Below are positions 39,413 to 47,887 of a DNA stretch of 64,000 nucleotides, piece after piece. The stretch covers positions 16,356 to 80,355 of the forward strand of contig CAZLFP010000002.1 in NCBI GenBank assembly GCA_964558935.1, in the 5' to 3' direction. Every line of letters begins with the position of its first letter. Positions within the stretch are counted from its first letter, which is position 1. The DNA is from an uncultured Gammaproteobacteria bacterium (lineage in GTDB: Bacteria > Patescibacteriota > Patescibacteriia > 2-01-FULL-39-33). A program made the position numbers and the translations under genes. Under the pieces are notes generated by a model. It was not told the origin of the DNA, searched no databases, and was given only the letters and a program-made list of their open reading frames with translations.

Positions 39413-39451
39413 TTAAAATTACACCACTTAAAAGATTGACCTATACATCAT

Positions 39452-40828
39452 ATGGCTGACAAAAAATCAGATATTATGTCTCAGATTGTGGCTTTGGCCA
39501 AGAGACGTGGCTTTATTTATCCCTGTTGTGAAATCTATGGCGGTTTAGCCAACGCCTACAGCTATGGTCCGTATGGAACAGAGTTAAAAAACAACATTAA
39601 GCAATTGTGGTGGAAGACGTTTGTAAAAGACCGGGCAGATATTGTGGGTTTAGATGGACCGATTTTGCTTCATCCCAAGCTATGGGAAGCTTCAGGCCAC
39701 ACCACCGGCTTCAATGACGCTCTGGTGGATTGTAAGGCATGTCAAAAAAGATTCCGGGCAGATCATTTGGTCGAGCAGGCCACCGGACAGGATTTGGAAG
39801 GCAATCTCAGAGCTTTGTCCGAAGTTTTGGTTAAGGAGCAGGTTGCCTGTCCCAATTGCGGTAATTCCAATTGGACAGAGGTGAGAAATATGAATTTGAT
39901 GTTTGAGACTCAGATGAACGGCATTGACCAACCAATTTTTCTAAGACCAGAAACGGCCGGAGCAATCTTTGTGGATTTCAAAAATGTCGTGGATTCAATG
40001 CGTGTTAAAATTCCATTTGGTATAGCTCAGATCGGCAAGGCTTTTCGCAACGAGATTGTTGCCGGTAACTTTATTTTTCGAGTTAGAGAGTTTGAACAAA
40101 TGGAAATTGAGTATTTTATAGACCCGGAAGAGGAATGGGAAAAATTGTTTGACACCTGGCTGGACCAGCAAGAAGCTTTTACTTTAGCTTTGGGAGCCAG
40201 TCAGACAGATATTCGCAGATACCAGCATCCCCAAGAGAAGCTCTCTCATTATTCCAGAAAAACCGTGGATATTGAATATAATTTTCCCTTTGGTTTTGCT
40301 GAATTGTACGGCTTGGCTCACCGGGGAGATTTTGATCTGTCTGCTCATGCTAAATACGCCAACACGGATTTAAGCTATTTTGACCAAGCTCATGACAGAA
40401 AGTATGTGCCGCATGTCTTGGAACCGACTTTTGGAGTGGACAGGTCTGTTTTGGTGGCCCTGTGTGCCGCCTACACCTCAGAGCAGGTGGAAGAAGGTGA
40501 GCGAGTGGTGATGAAATTTCCGTATGCTCTGGCACCGGTTAAGATTGCGATTTTTCCATTGCTCAAAAACAAGCCAGCATTGGTTGAAAAAGCTCAAGAA
40601 TTGTTCAATGATTTGAAAGATGATTATGTGTGCGAATTCGATGATAACGGCAATATTGGCAAGCGATACCGACGACAGGATGAAATTGGTACCCCGGTGT
40701 GTTTAACTGTCGATTTTGATTCTTTACAAAACGAAGATGTTACTGTCCGGGATCGTGACAGTATGCAGCAGGAGAGAGTTAAATTGGCGGATCTAAAACA
40801 TTATTTAGCTAACAAATTTAATGTATAA
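39452..40828 (+). CDS. glyQS: Glycyl-tRNA synthetase (dimeric alpha2 type)
   Basis: 458 aa. N-terminus ALAKRRGFIYPCCEIYGGLANAYSYGPYG. Class II motifs. Confidence 0.93.
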   Translation: MADKKSDIMSQIVALAKRRGFIYPCCEIYGGLANAYSYGPYGTELKNNIKQLWWKTFVKDRADIVGLDGPILLHPKLWEASGHTTGFNDALVDCKACQKRFRADHLVEQATGQDLEGNLRALSEVLVKEQVACPNCGNSNWTEVRNMNLMFETQMNGIDQPIFLRPETAGAIFVDFKNVVDSMRVKIPFGIAQIGKAFRNEIVAGNFIFRVREFEQMEIEYFIDPEEEWEKLFDTWLDQQEAFTLALGASQTDIRRYQHPQEKLSHYSRKTVDIEYNFPFGFAELYGLAHRGDFDLSAHAKYANTDLSYFDQAHDRKYVPHVLEPTFGVDRSVLVALCAAYTSEQVEEGERVVMKFPYALAPVKIAIFPLLKNKPALVEKAQELFNDLKDDYVCEFDDNGNIGKRYRRQDEIGTPVCLTVDFDSLQNEDVTVRDRDSMQQERVKLADLKHYLANKFNV

Positions 40829-42083
40829 AACTAAACAATTCGATAACGGAGTTAGATTAATCACTGCTCCTTTGTCTGAAACCAAAACAGCGACTTTGTT
40901 GGCTTTGGTTAAAACCGGTTCGCGTTGCGAGTCAGTGGATAATAACGGTGTTTCCCATTTCATTGAGCACATGATGTTTAAGGGAACCAAGAAGCGGCCG
41001 ACAGCATTGGATCTGACCAAAGCTTTGGATGGCGTCGGAGCGGAATTCAATGCTTTTACCGGCAAAGATTATACCGGTTACTATGTTAAAGCGGATACTA
41101 AACATTTGGATTTAGCCATTGATGTGTTATCTGACATGTTGCTCAATTCCAAGTTTGAAACCAAAGAGATTAATCGTGAGAAAAAAGTGATCATTGAAGA
41201 AATTAACATGTATGAGGACAATCCGGTTATGTACGTGGAAGACTTATTGGAGCAGACCATGTTCGACAAAAAACCGCTGGGCTATTTCATTGCCGGTCGT
41301 CGCGAAAGTGTTTTTCATCTTGATCGGTCAAAATTGGTCAGCTACCGTGACCAATACTATACTGGTCCGCAAACTGTAATTACTTTAGCCGGTAAGTTTG
41401 CAGACAGTCATATCAGTCAAATTGAGAAGAAATTCAAGTTCAGCCACAGTGGTCAGCCAACGACTTTTGATAAATACAAATTCAACCAGAAAAAACCCCA
41501 GGTCAAGATTAAATACAAAGATACGGAACAAACACAAATTGCTTTGGGCTTTCCCGCCTATGCCTACACCAACAAAAAAATCTATCCTTTAACTGTTTTG
41601 TCCGTTATTTTAGGGGGTAATATGAGTTCCAGATTGTTCATGAATGTCAGAGAAAAAAAGGGCTGGGCCTATTTTGTCCATTCTGATTTGAATATCTATG
41701 AAGATATTGGTAGTTTGGTTATACAAGCCGGTTTGGATAAATTAAGATTAGAACAGGCCCTGTCTTTAATTGTTTGTGAATTGCAAAAAATCATTAAAGG
41801 TGTAACCGGCGAAGAGTTGACTAGGGCTAAAGAATATTTGGCCGGCCGAACCGCTTTAAGCCTAGAAGACACTTCCAGATTGGCTCAATGGTATGGTAAG
41901 CAAGAATTGTTGACCAACCAGATTCTAACTCCGGAACGCAAAATCAAGAAGATTATGGCGGTAACCGGCAGTCAGGTTAAACAGGTGGCTAAAGAAGTGA
42001 TTAATTTCAACAAGGCGAGTTTAGCCATTATTGGACCTTACACCAATCGTCAACCTTTCAGGGATATTTTAAAAGTTAAATAG
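40821..42083 (+). CDS. M16-family zinc peptidase
   Basis: HFIEHMMFKGT inverted zincin motif. 420 aa. Confidence 0.72.
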   Translation: MYKTKQFDNGVRLITAPLSETKTATLLALVKTGSRCESVDNNGVSHFIEHMMFKGTKKRPTALDLTKALDGVGAEFNAFTGKDYTGYYVKADTKHLDLAIDVLSDMLLNSKFETKEINREKKVIIEEINMYEDNPVMYVEDLLEQTMFDKKPLGYFIAGRRESVFHLDRSKLVSYRDQYYTGPQTVITLAGKFADSHISQIEKKFKFSHSGQPTTFDKYKFNQKKPQVKIKYKDTEQTQIALGFPAYAYTNKKIYPLTVLSVILGGNMSSRLFMNVREKKGWAYFVHSDLNIYEDIGSLVIQAGLDKLRLEQALSLIVCELQKIIKGVTGEELTRAKEYLAGRTALSLEDTSRLAQWYGKQELLTNQILTPERKIKKIMAVTGSQVKQVAKEVINFNKASLAIIGPYTNRQPFRDILKVK

Positions 42084-42084
42084 T

Positions 42085-43371
42085 ATGAAAATTGGAATAG
42101 ATTGCCGTACAATTTTAGATCCAGGTCGGGGAGAACAGGCTGGTATTGGTCACTACACCCATTATTTAATTAAAAATTTAATTAAATTGGACTCGACCAA
42201 CCAGTACGTACTTTTTTTTGACAGTCGTTACCAAAAAACCAAGCAGTACCAAGCTCCTAACGTTAAGATTAAATATTTTCCTTTCTACCAATACAAAACC
42301 TATTTGCCCATTACCTATTCACAAATGCTAATGAGCGCTTTTTTGGGACAAGAAAAGTTGGATGTTTACCATTCACCGGCCAATACCCTACCCCTGCCAT
42401 ACAACCGTCCCTCCGTCATAACCATCCATAATTTGGCTGTCTACAAGTACCCCAAGTTTTTCCCCGCCCAATTGTTGAGTCGAGAAGGTTTTTCCAATAA
42501 GATTTTGTTGCCACAATCGCTGAAAAAAGCTCACAAGATTATTGCCAATTCCAAAAGCACCAAAAAGGATATTATTGAAGAATTCGGTATCGAAGAGGAC
42601 AAGATTGAAGTGGTATACCTTGGAGTCTTAAAGGCTGGTCAAAGAGAAGAGGTGGACTTTGAAGCTGTTAAGGCTAAATATGGTTTGGGAAATAAATATT
42701 TTTTGTTTTTGGGTACAATTGAACCAAGAAAAAACTTAGTCACCTTAGTCAAAGCTTTTCGCAATTTAAAGATGGAATATGACACCCCGGCTCAGGACTG
42801 CCAGCTGGTTTTAGCCGGTGCTCCCGGTTGGAAAGACAAGCCAGTTTACCAAGAAATTACCAATGCCAATGCCGCCATTATTGGTTCAGACAACAAGCGA
42901 AGTGGCAGAGAAAGAAGATCCGGCTTCGATACCCGCAGTGACAAGCAAAAACAAAAACAAGGTGAAAGAAGAAAAACCGGAGACAGAAGAAACAACCAAC
43001 CGGTTAAGCATATTGGCTATGTCACTCACCAGGAAAAGATCGCTTTGCTTAAAAATGCAGTTGGCTTTGTTTTTCCCAGTTGGTATGAAGGATTTGGACT
43101 CCCGATAATCGAAGCTATGAGTTTTGGCATTCCGGTTATTACTTCCAACCTAAGTTCCATGCCAGAGGTTGTTGGTGAAAAGAATGCCCTTCTGGTCAAT
43201 CCCGGCAAAGAATCCGACATAGTCGATGCCATGACGCAAATTTTAACAGACGAAGGACTAAGGGAAGAATTAAGTATTAATGGCGTTAAAAGAGCGGGCG
43301 ATTTTACTTGGGATAAATGCGCGGAGCGCACTTTAAAAGTTTACCAGCAAGTTTACCAGGGTACAAAATAA
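42085..43371 (+). CDS. GT4-family (GT-B) glycosyltransferase with a charged low-complexity insert
   Basis: C-terminal SWYEGFGLPIIEAMSFGIPVITS motif. An approximately 45-aa insert, RSGRERRSGFDTRSDKQKQKQGERRKTGDRRNN, precedes it. Confidence 0.8.
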   Translation: MKIGIDCRTILDPGRGEQAGIGHYTHYLIKNLIKLDSTNQYVLFFDSRYQKTKQYQAPNVKIKYFPFYQYKTYLPITYSQMLMSAFLGQEKLDVYHSPANTLPLPYNRPSVITIHNLAVYKYPKFFPAQLLSREGFSNKILLPQSLKKAHKIIANSKSTKKDIIEEFGIEEDKIEVVYLGVLKAGQREEVDFEAVKAKYGLGNKYFLFLGTIEPRKNLVTLVKAFRNLKMEYDTPAQDCQLVLAGAPGWKDKPVYQEITNANAAIIGSDNKRSGRERRSGFDTRSDKQKQKQGERRKTGDRRNNQPVKHIGYVTHQEKIALLKNAVGFVFPSWYEGFGLPIIEAMSFGIPVITSNLSSMPEVVGEKNALLVNPGKESDIVDAMTQILTDEGLREELSINGVKRAGDFTWDKCAERTLKVYQQVYQGTK

Positions 43372-43407
43372 GCAGAGAGAATAAAACTCGGAACTGATCC
43401 GAGTTTT

Positions 43408-43896
43408 TTAGATGAAGGAAATAATGGAAGTTAGAAAGATTAAGATGGCAATTTGCAGTATGATGCCAATTTTAATTGGCATAGTGTATTTAATTCTTTG
43501 AGTTATGCAACGATGGATTTTGGAATGCAGTAGATAGAACCATTCCAAAGCTTTAATGTTTTTTATTTTGTAAATGGCGACCAACAGATCCGGCAAAATA
43601 GCTCCAATGATAGCCAGATTAACCGGGTCGTTTTGGGCAAAAGGATACGTTTTAAAAATAAAGATCAGATAGAGAGCCAAAACCACAGCATCCACTGAAC
43701 CGTATAAAGCCATCAGACGTTCTTTGGCAATATCATTGACTTTGATGCCAAAGAATTTTTTTTCCAATATTTCATCTCCATGTGGAATAATATCCAACAA
43801 GAAGTGAGATAGAAAGGCCAAAACAAAGGCCCAAACACGATGATTAATTTTTTTGCCAATAATGGCTCCGGCGGCCGCATGTATGGTAATAAACAT
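43408..43896 (-). CDS. Small membrane protein, possibly DUF457/YdjM-like metal-dependent hydrolase
   Basis: 162 aa, 4-5 TM helices. HFLLDIIPHGD motif. Confidence 0.35.
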   Translation of the reverse strand: MFITIHAAAGAIIGKKINHRVWAFVLAFLSHFLLDIIPHGDEILEKKFFGIKVNDIAKERLMALYGSVDAVVLALYLIFIFKTYPFAQNDPVNLAIIGAILPDLLVAIYKIKNIKALEWFYLLHSKIHRCITQRIKYTMPIKIGIILQIAILIFLTSIISFI

Positions 43897-43985
43897 AAGC
43901 TAAATAATACCTTTTTCTGATTATATCAAGCTTTCTTAAATAAAAAAAGGGTGTTGTTGTCTTGACAATAACACCCTAAAATGGG

Positions 43986-44642
43986 TTAGCTTTGAGGCTG
44001 TTTAGTCTTCTTTTCCTCCAGGAATTGGCGTCCCTTGCCCACATCCGTGTTGACCGGAGTGTTTGTCTGACACAGCGGGCACTCATCTGCCGACCAGCTC
44101 TTGATCTCTTGCTGAACCAAGCTGACAATCTTGGGCGGCTCGCCAACTTGTTCGTAGCCGGTTACATCCCGCTCCCAGAGTAGAGCCAGACCGGTAATGA
44201 TACCACCATGCTGTCTGCCCAGTTCCACCACTTGCTTGGCAGATTTGCCGGTAGTCATGATATCTTCCACCACCAGGATTCTCTGGTCTTTGATCCACTG
44301 GTCGTAACCGCGACGGATTTCAAAGCCACCTTCCTGATTCTTCTCAGCGTAGATCGCTTTGACTTGTCGTCCCGTAATCAGGGACAGATGCAGGGCAACA
44401 TACTGAGCCAGAATAATGCCACCCAAGGCCGGTCCCAAAACCGTGTTAATCTTGTCAGTGGCAAATTCCCAAGCCAGCAGACTGCACATGCCTGAGATAA
44501 CTCCGGGATCGGTGTAGACCGCATCCTTGTTAACATAGGTGTCACTGTGACGACCTGAGTTTAGGACAAAGTGACCTTGTCGCAAAGCTCCGGCTCGCTT
44601 GAAAAGATCCTTGATCTGTTCATGTGCTTGATGTCCCGGCAT
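43986..44642 (-). CDS. pyrE: Orotate phosphoribosyltransferase with C-terminal extension
   Basis: PRPP-binding motif ILVVEDIMTTGKS. 218 aa. GC-rich coding relative to the background. Confidence 0.85.
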   Translation of the reverse strand: MPGHQAHEQIKDLFKRAGALRQGHFVLNSGRHSDTYVNKDAVYTDPGVISGMCSLLAWEFATDKINTVLGPALGGIILAQYVALHLSLITGRQVKAIYAEKNQEGGFEIRRGYDQWIKDQRILVVEDIMTTGKSAKQVVELGRQHGGIITGLALLWERDVTGYEQVGEPPKIVSLVQQEIKSWSADECPLCQTNTPVNTDVGKGRQFLEEKKTKQPQS

Positions 44643-44644
44643 GA

Positions 44645-45382
44645 TTATTCTCCTCGTCCTGCCTGTGAGATTTCTTCGGCAATGCGTTTGGCCGCTTCCA
44701 CCGGTGAACCCATTTCCTCCGGCGGTTGGGTAATGGGTCGTCCAATGACCAAGTAATCTGCTCCGTCTTCAATCGCTTGCTCGGGAGTGGTGATTCTCTG
44801 CTGGTCATTGGAAGCTGCCCACTTGGGACGGATGCCCGGGGTAATGAATTCCAATTCCTGCAATTCCAGTTGCTGTCTAAGGAGTTTCAGTTCCTGCGGT
44901 GAACAGATAATGCCGTCACAACAGGCCGAGTCAGCATCGCGTGCCAACTGTAAAACCTTGGCCTTGCTGGGCGCTCCGAATATGAGGTGAGCCTGGTTTT
45001 CTTCCAGTGAAGTCAGGACCGTAACAGCCCAGATAAAGGTTGATTCTTGGAGCAACTTTGCGGTCTCGCTCGCTTGAACTGCTTGTTGCATAGCTTTGAT
45101 ACCGCAGGACGCATGGACATTTAAGGCATAGACGCCCAAATCAATTGCAGCTTGGGTAGCCGCTTTAACCGTATTGGGAATGTCACAGAACTTGCCGTCA
45201 TAGAAAACCTTGCCTCCGAGCTGGTGAACAGTTTCAACAACTTGAGGCGCTCCAAATTTGGTAATGGCTTCCAAGCCGATCTTGAACAGCCCGACCTGGT
45301 CATGTAATTGTTCGACCAGCTTTTTGAGCTGATCCAAATCGCTGACATCCAGAGCTACAATAATTCTGTCTTTGGGTTGCAT
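44645..45382 (-). CDS. pyrF: Orotidine-5'-phosphate decarboxylase
   Basis: DRIIVALDV ... LFKIGLE N-terminus, catalytic Asp/Lys region. 245 aa. GC-rich. Confidence 0.85.
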   Translation of the reverse strand: MQPKDRIIVALDVSDLDQLKKLVEQLHDQVGLFKIGLEAITKFGAPQVVETVHQLGGKVFYDGKFCDIPNTVKAATQAAIDLGVYALNVHASCGIKAMQQAVQASETAKLLQESTFIWAVTVLTSLEENQAHLIFGAPSKAKVLQLARDADSACCDGIICSPQELKLLRQQLELQELEFITPGIRPKWAASNDQQRITTPEQAIEDGADYLVIGRPITQPPEEMGSPVEAAKRIAEEISQAGRGE

Positions 45383-45472
45383 GTTTCCCTCCTAAGGTTG
45401 GGTTAAAAAGAACACCGAGCCTTACATAGCTCAATATGAGAGTTTAGATTAGTTTAGAGAAAAAGTCAAGAC

Positions 45473-45820
45473 TTAAGACTTAAGATAATCTTTCTTGTAT
45501 TTTACTATTAGAATCAGAATTAGAAGATCTGTTATGAGAGATATAATATCTATTGCTCCAACTTCATCTGTAACGGTTAGAATAATGTTGCCAAAGATAA
45601 AGAGTAAAGTCAGCCAAAGAATTATTTTTTTTGTATTCCATAGCAATCCCAGAACAAAGTAGATAATTGAATTTATAAGCAGTAGTAGAGCAACTACATA
45701 AAAACTAGCTTTGGAATTAGGACTAGCTTGATAGAAAAAATAAAAAAAAGAAAGCCCCAGCCAAATTAGAGACTTTAGATAAAGTAGATATTGTATATTT
45801 CCAAAATTCAATATCTTCAT
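45473..45820 (-). CDS. Hypothetical small membrane protein
   Basis: Start moved to the internal Met (MKILNF) to avoid overlap with tRNA-Leu. 3-4 TM helices. Confidence 0.4.
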   Translation of the reverse strand: MKILNFGNIQYLLYLKSLIWLGLSFFYFFYQASPNSKASFYVVALLLLINSIIYFVLGLLWNTKKIILWLTLLFIFGNIILTVTDEVGAIDIISLITDLLILILIVKYKKDYLKS

Positions 45821-45823
45821 GTG

Positions 45824-45905
45824 TGCCGAAGGAGGGAGTCGAACCCTCACACCCGAAGGTACACGATTTTGAGTCGTGCGTGTCTACCAGTTCCACCACT
45901 TCGGC
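45824..45905 (-). tRNA. tRNA-Leu (CAA), long variable arm
   Basis: The reverse complement reads GCCGAAGTGGTGGAACTGGTAGACACGCACGACTCAAAATCGTG ... GGTTCGACTCC ... CTTCGGCA. Anticodon CAA. Confidence 0.85.
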
Positions 45906-45911
45906 TAATGT

Positions 45912-45986
<75 letters not shown>

Positions 45987-45994
45987 CTGTCTTG

Positions 45995-46067
45995 TTGCGG
46001 GGGCCGGACTCGAACCGGCGACCTGCGGGTTATGGGCCCGCCGAGCTGCCAACTGCTCTACCCCGCG
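45995..46067 (-). tRNA. Initiator tRNA-fMet (CAU)
   Basis: The reverse complement reads CGCGGGGTAGAGCAGTTGGCAGCTCGGCGGGCCCATAACCCGCAGGTCGCCGGTTCGAGTCCGGCCCCCGCAA. C1:A72 mismatch. GGG/CCC anticodon stem. Confidence 0.9.
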
Positions 46068-46178
46068 TCACTAGTGATTAGTATTGTAGCATAAATAGTA
46101 ATTTTTGGCAATATTTAGTTCTTTTTTATTTATACCCAATGCATCTTTCACCTATATGTGGTATAATATAAACAAATT

Positions 46179-46943
46179 ATGGGACAAATCATTTCGGTTG
46201 TAAATCAAAAAGGTGGAGTCGGAAAGACCACCACATCGGTCAATCTGGCAGCTTATTTAAGCTTGCTGGGTAAATTTGTGTTGCTCATAGATTTAGATCC
46301 TCAAGCCAATGCCACTTCTAATTTAGGAATTTCCAAAGAACTGGATAAAGGCGTGTATGAAGTCTTAACCGGTCCTTATTCTTTTAGAGAAGTAGTTTTA
46401 GATACCAAGCATGATTTTTACAAACTGGTGCCTTCCACCACCTCTTTGGCCGGAGCCAATGTGGAGTTTGTAAACTTAGATCGAAGAGAGTTTAGATTAT
46501 ATGACAATCTGTTGGAAATTAAAAACGATTACGATTACATCATTATTGACTGTCCTCCTTCGTTGGGACTTTTAACCATTAACGGGTTGGTGGCTTCTGA
46601 CCAGATTTTAATCCCGGTGCAAGCTGAATATTTCGCCTTGGAAGGCTTGGGCCAGCTCATGAACACAATTGGTTTAATCCAAAAACACATTAAACCGGAA
46701 TTGGACGTGATGGGGGCGGTCTTAACCATGTATGATTCCCGTTACAGATTGGCCAATGATGTCTTACAGGAATTGTACAGATATTTCCCGAATAAAATTT
46801 TTAGATCCGTCATTCCCAGAACCGTTAGACTGTCTGAAGCACCATCTCATGGTAAAACCATCTTAGAGTACGATCCTCAGGGTAAAGGGGCTAAAGCTTA
46901 TGAAAGATTAGCCAGAGAAGTATTATATAATCATAATTATTAA
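46179..46943 (+). CDS. parA: Chromosome partitioning ATPase ParA/Soj
   Basis: Deviant Walker A NQKGGVGKTT. 254 aa. Confidence 0.9.
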   Translation: MGQIISVVNQKGGVGKTTTSVNLAAYLSLLGKFVLLIDLDPQANATSNLGISKELDKGVYEVLTGPYSFREVVLDTKHDFYKLVPSTTSLAGANVEFVNLDRREFRLYDNLLEIKNDYDYIIIDCPPSLGLLTINGLVASDQILIPVQAEYFALEGLGQLMNTIGLIQKHIKPELDVMGAVLTMYDSRYRLANDVLQELYRYFPNKIFRSVIPRTVRLSEAPSHGKTILEYDPQGKGAKAYERLAREVLYNHNY

Positions 46944-46947
46944 ACAT

Positions 46948-47826
46948 ATGGCAGGTTTAGGTCGAGGATTAGATTCCTTAATACCCAATAAAAAAATAAC
47001 TCCCTCCAACTTAGATAAAGAGATAGACAGTTCTTTAAAGACTTTAACCGGACAAGCCAATGAGCAAGTTCAGGAGATCGAGGTTGGTAAAATTGTACCC
47101 AATCCTCATCAACCGAGATCGGATTTTGACCAAAAAGAATTAGATGAACTCACAGAGTCAATTAAGATTCATGGCGTACTTCAGCCATTAATCGTGACTC
47201 AAGTTGAAGATCAATACCAAATTATTGCGGGAGAGCGAAGGTATCGGGCGGCCAAGTCAGCCGGTCTGAAAAAGGTACCATGTATTGTTAGAGATGTAGA
47301 TGAGCAAAAGAAATTTGAATTGGCTTTAATTGAGAATGTGCAGAGACAAAATTTAAATGCGGTCGAAACCGCCATTGCTTACAAAAAGCTGATGGATGAT
47401 TTTAATCTGTCTCAAGCTGAATTGGCTAAGCAAATTGGCAAAAGCCGAGTCGCTATTACCAACACTTTAAGAATCTTGAAATCTCCGGATGAAGTTAAAC
47501 AGGCGATGATTAAAGGCAAGATCAGCGAAGGTCACGCCAGAGTGATTGTTTCTTTGCCGGAAGAAGATCAGTTAAATATTTTAAATCAGATAATCTCCAA
47601 CAAAATGAGTGTTAGGGATACGGAGAAAGAAACCAAGAAAGTGATGTTGGCAAAAAAGATCGGCAAGGCTAAGATAGATCCGGAAGTGATGGCTAAAGAA
47701 GATAAACTGGAAAAATATTTGGAAGCCAAGGTTAATATTATTAAATCCGGAGGGCGGGGTAAGATAGTTATTACCTTTCATACCGATGAAGAGTTAAATG
47801 ATGTCTTAAATAAGATATTTAAGTAG
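46948..47826 (+). CDS. parB: Chromosome partitioning protein ParB/Spo0J
   Basis: GERRYRAA ParB box. HTH segment. 292 aa. Confidence 0.9.
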   Translation: MAGLGRGLDSLIPNKKITPSNLDKEIDSSLKTLTGQANEQVQEIEVGKIVPNPHQPRSDFDQKELDELTESIKIHGVLQPLIVTQVEDQYQIIAGERRYRAAKSAGLKKVPCIVRDVDEQKKFELALIENVQRQNLNAVETAIAYKKLMDDFNLSQAELAKQIGKSRVAITNTLRILKSPDEVKQAMIKGKISEGHARVIVSLPEEDQLNILNQIISNKMSVRDTEKETKKVMLAKKIGKAKIDPEVMAKEDKLEKYLEAKVNIIKSGGRGKIVITFHTDEELNDVLNKIFK

Positions 47827-47887
47827 TTGATATATCTGTAAAGAGCAAAAAAGGAGTGTCTGACTACACTCCTTTTTAGTCTGTCAA

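Noticed and set aside
46080-47830. Looked for parS (TGTTTCACGTGAAACA) near parAB and for DnaA boxes near the tRNA cluster, to call an origin there.
   Set aside because: No parS-like palindrome or DnaA-box cluster was recognisable by eye in this region. The only DnaA-box cluster seen is at about 3.6 kb.
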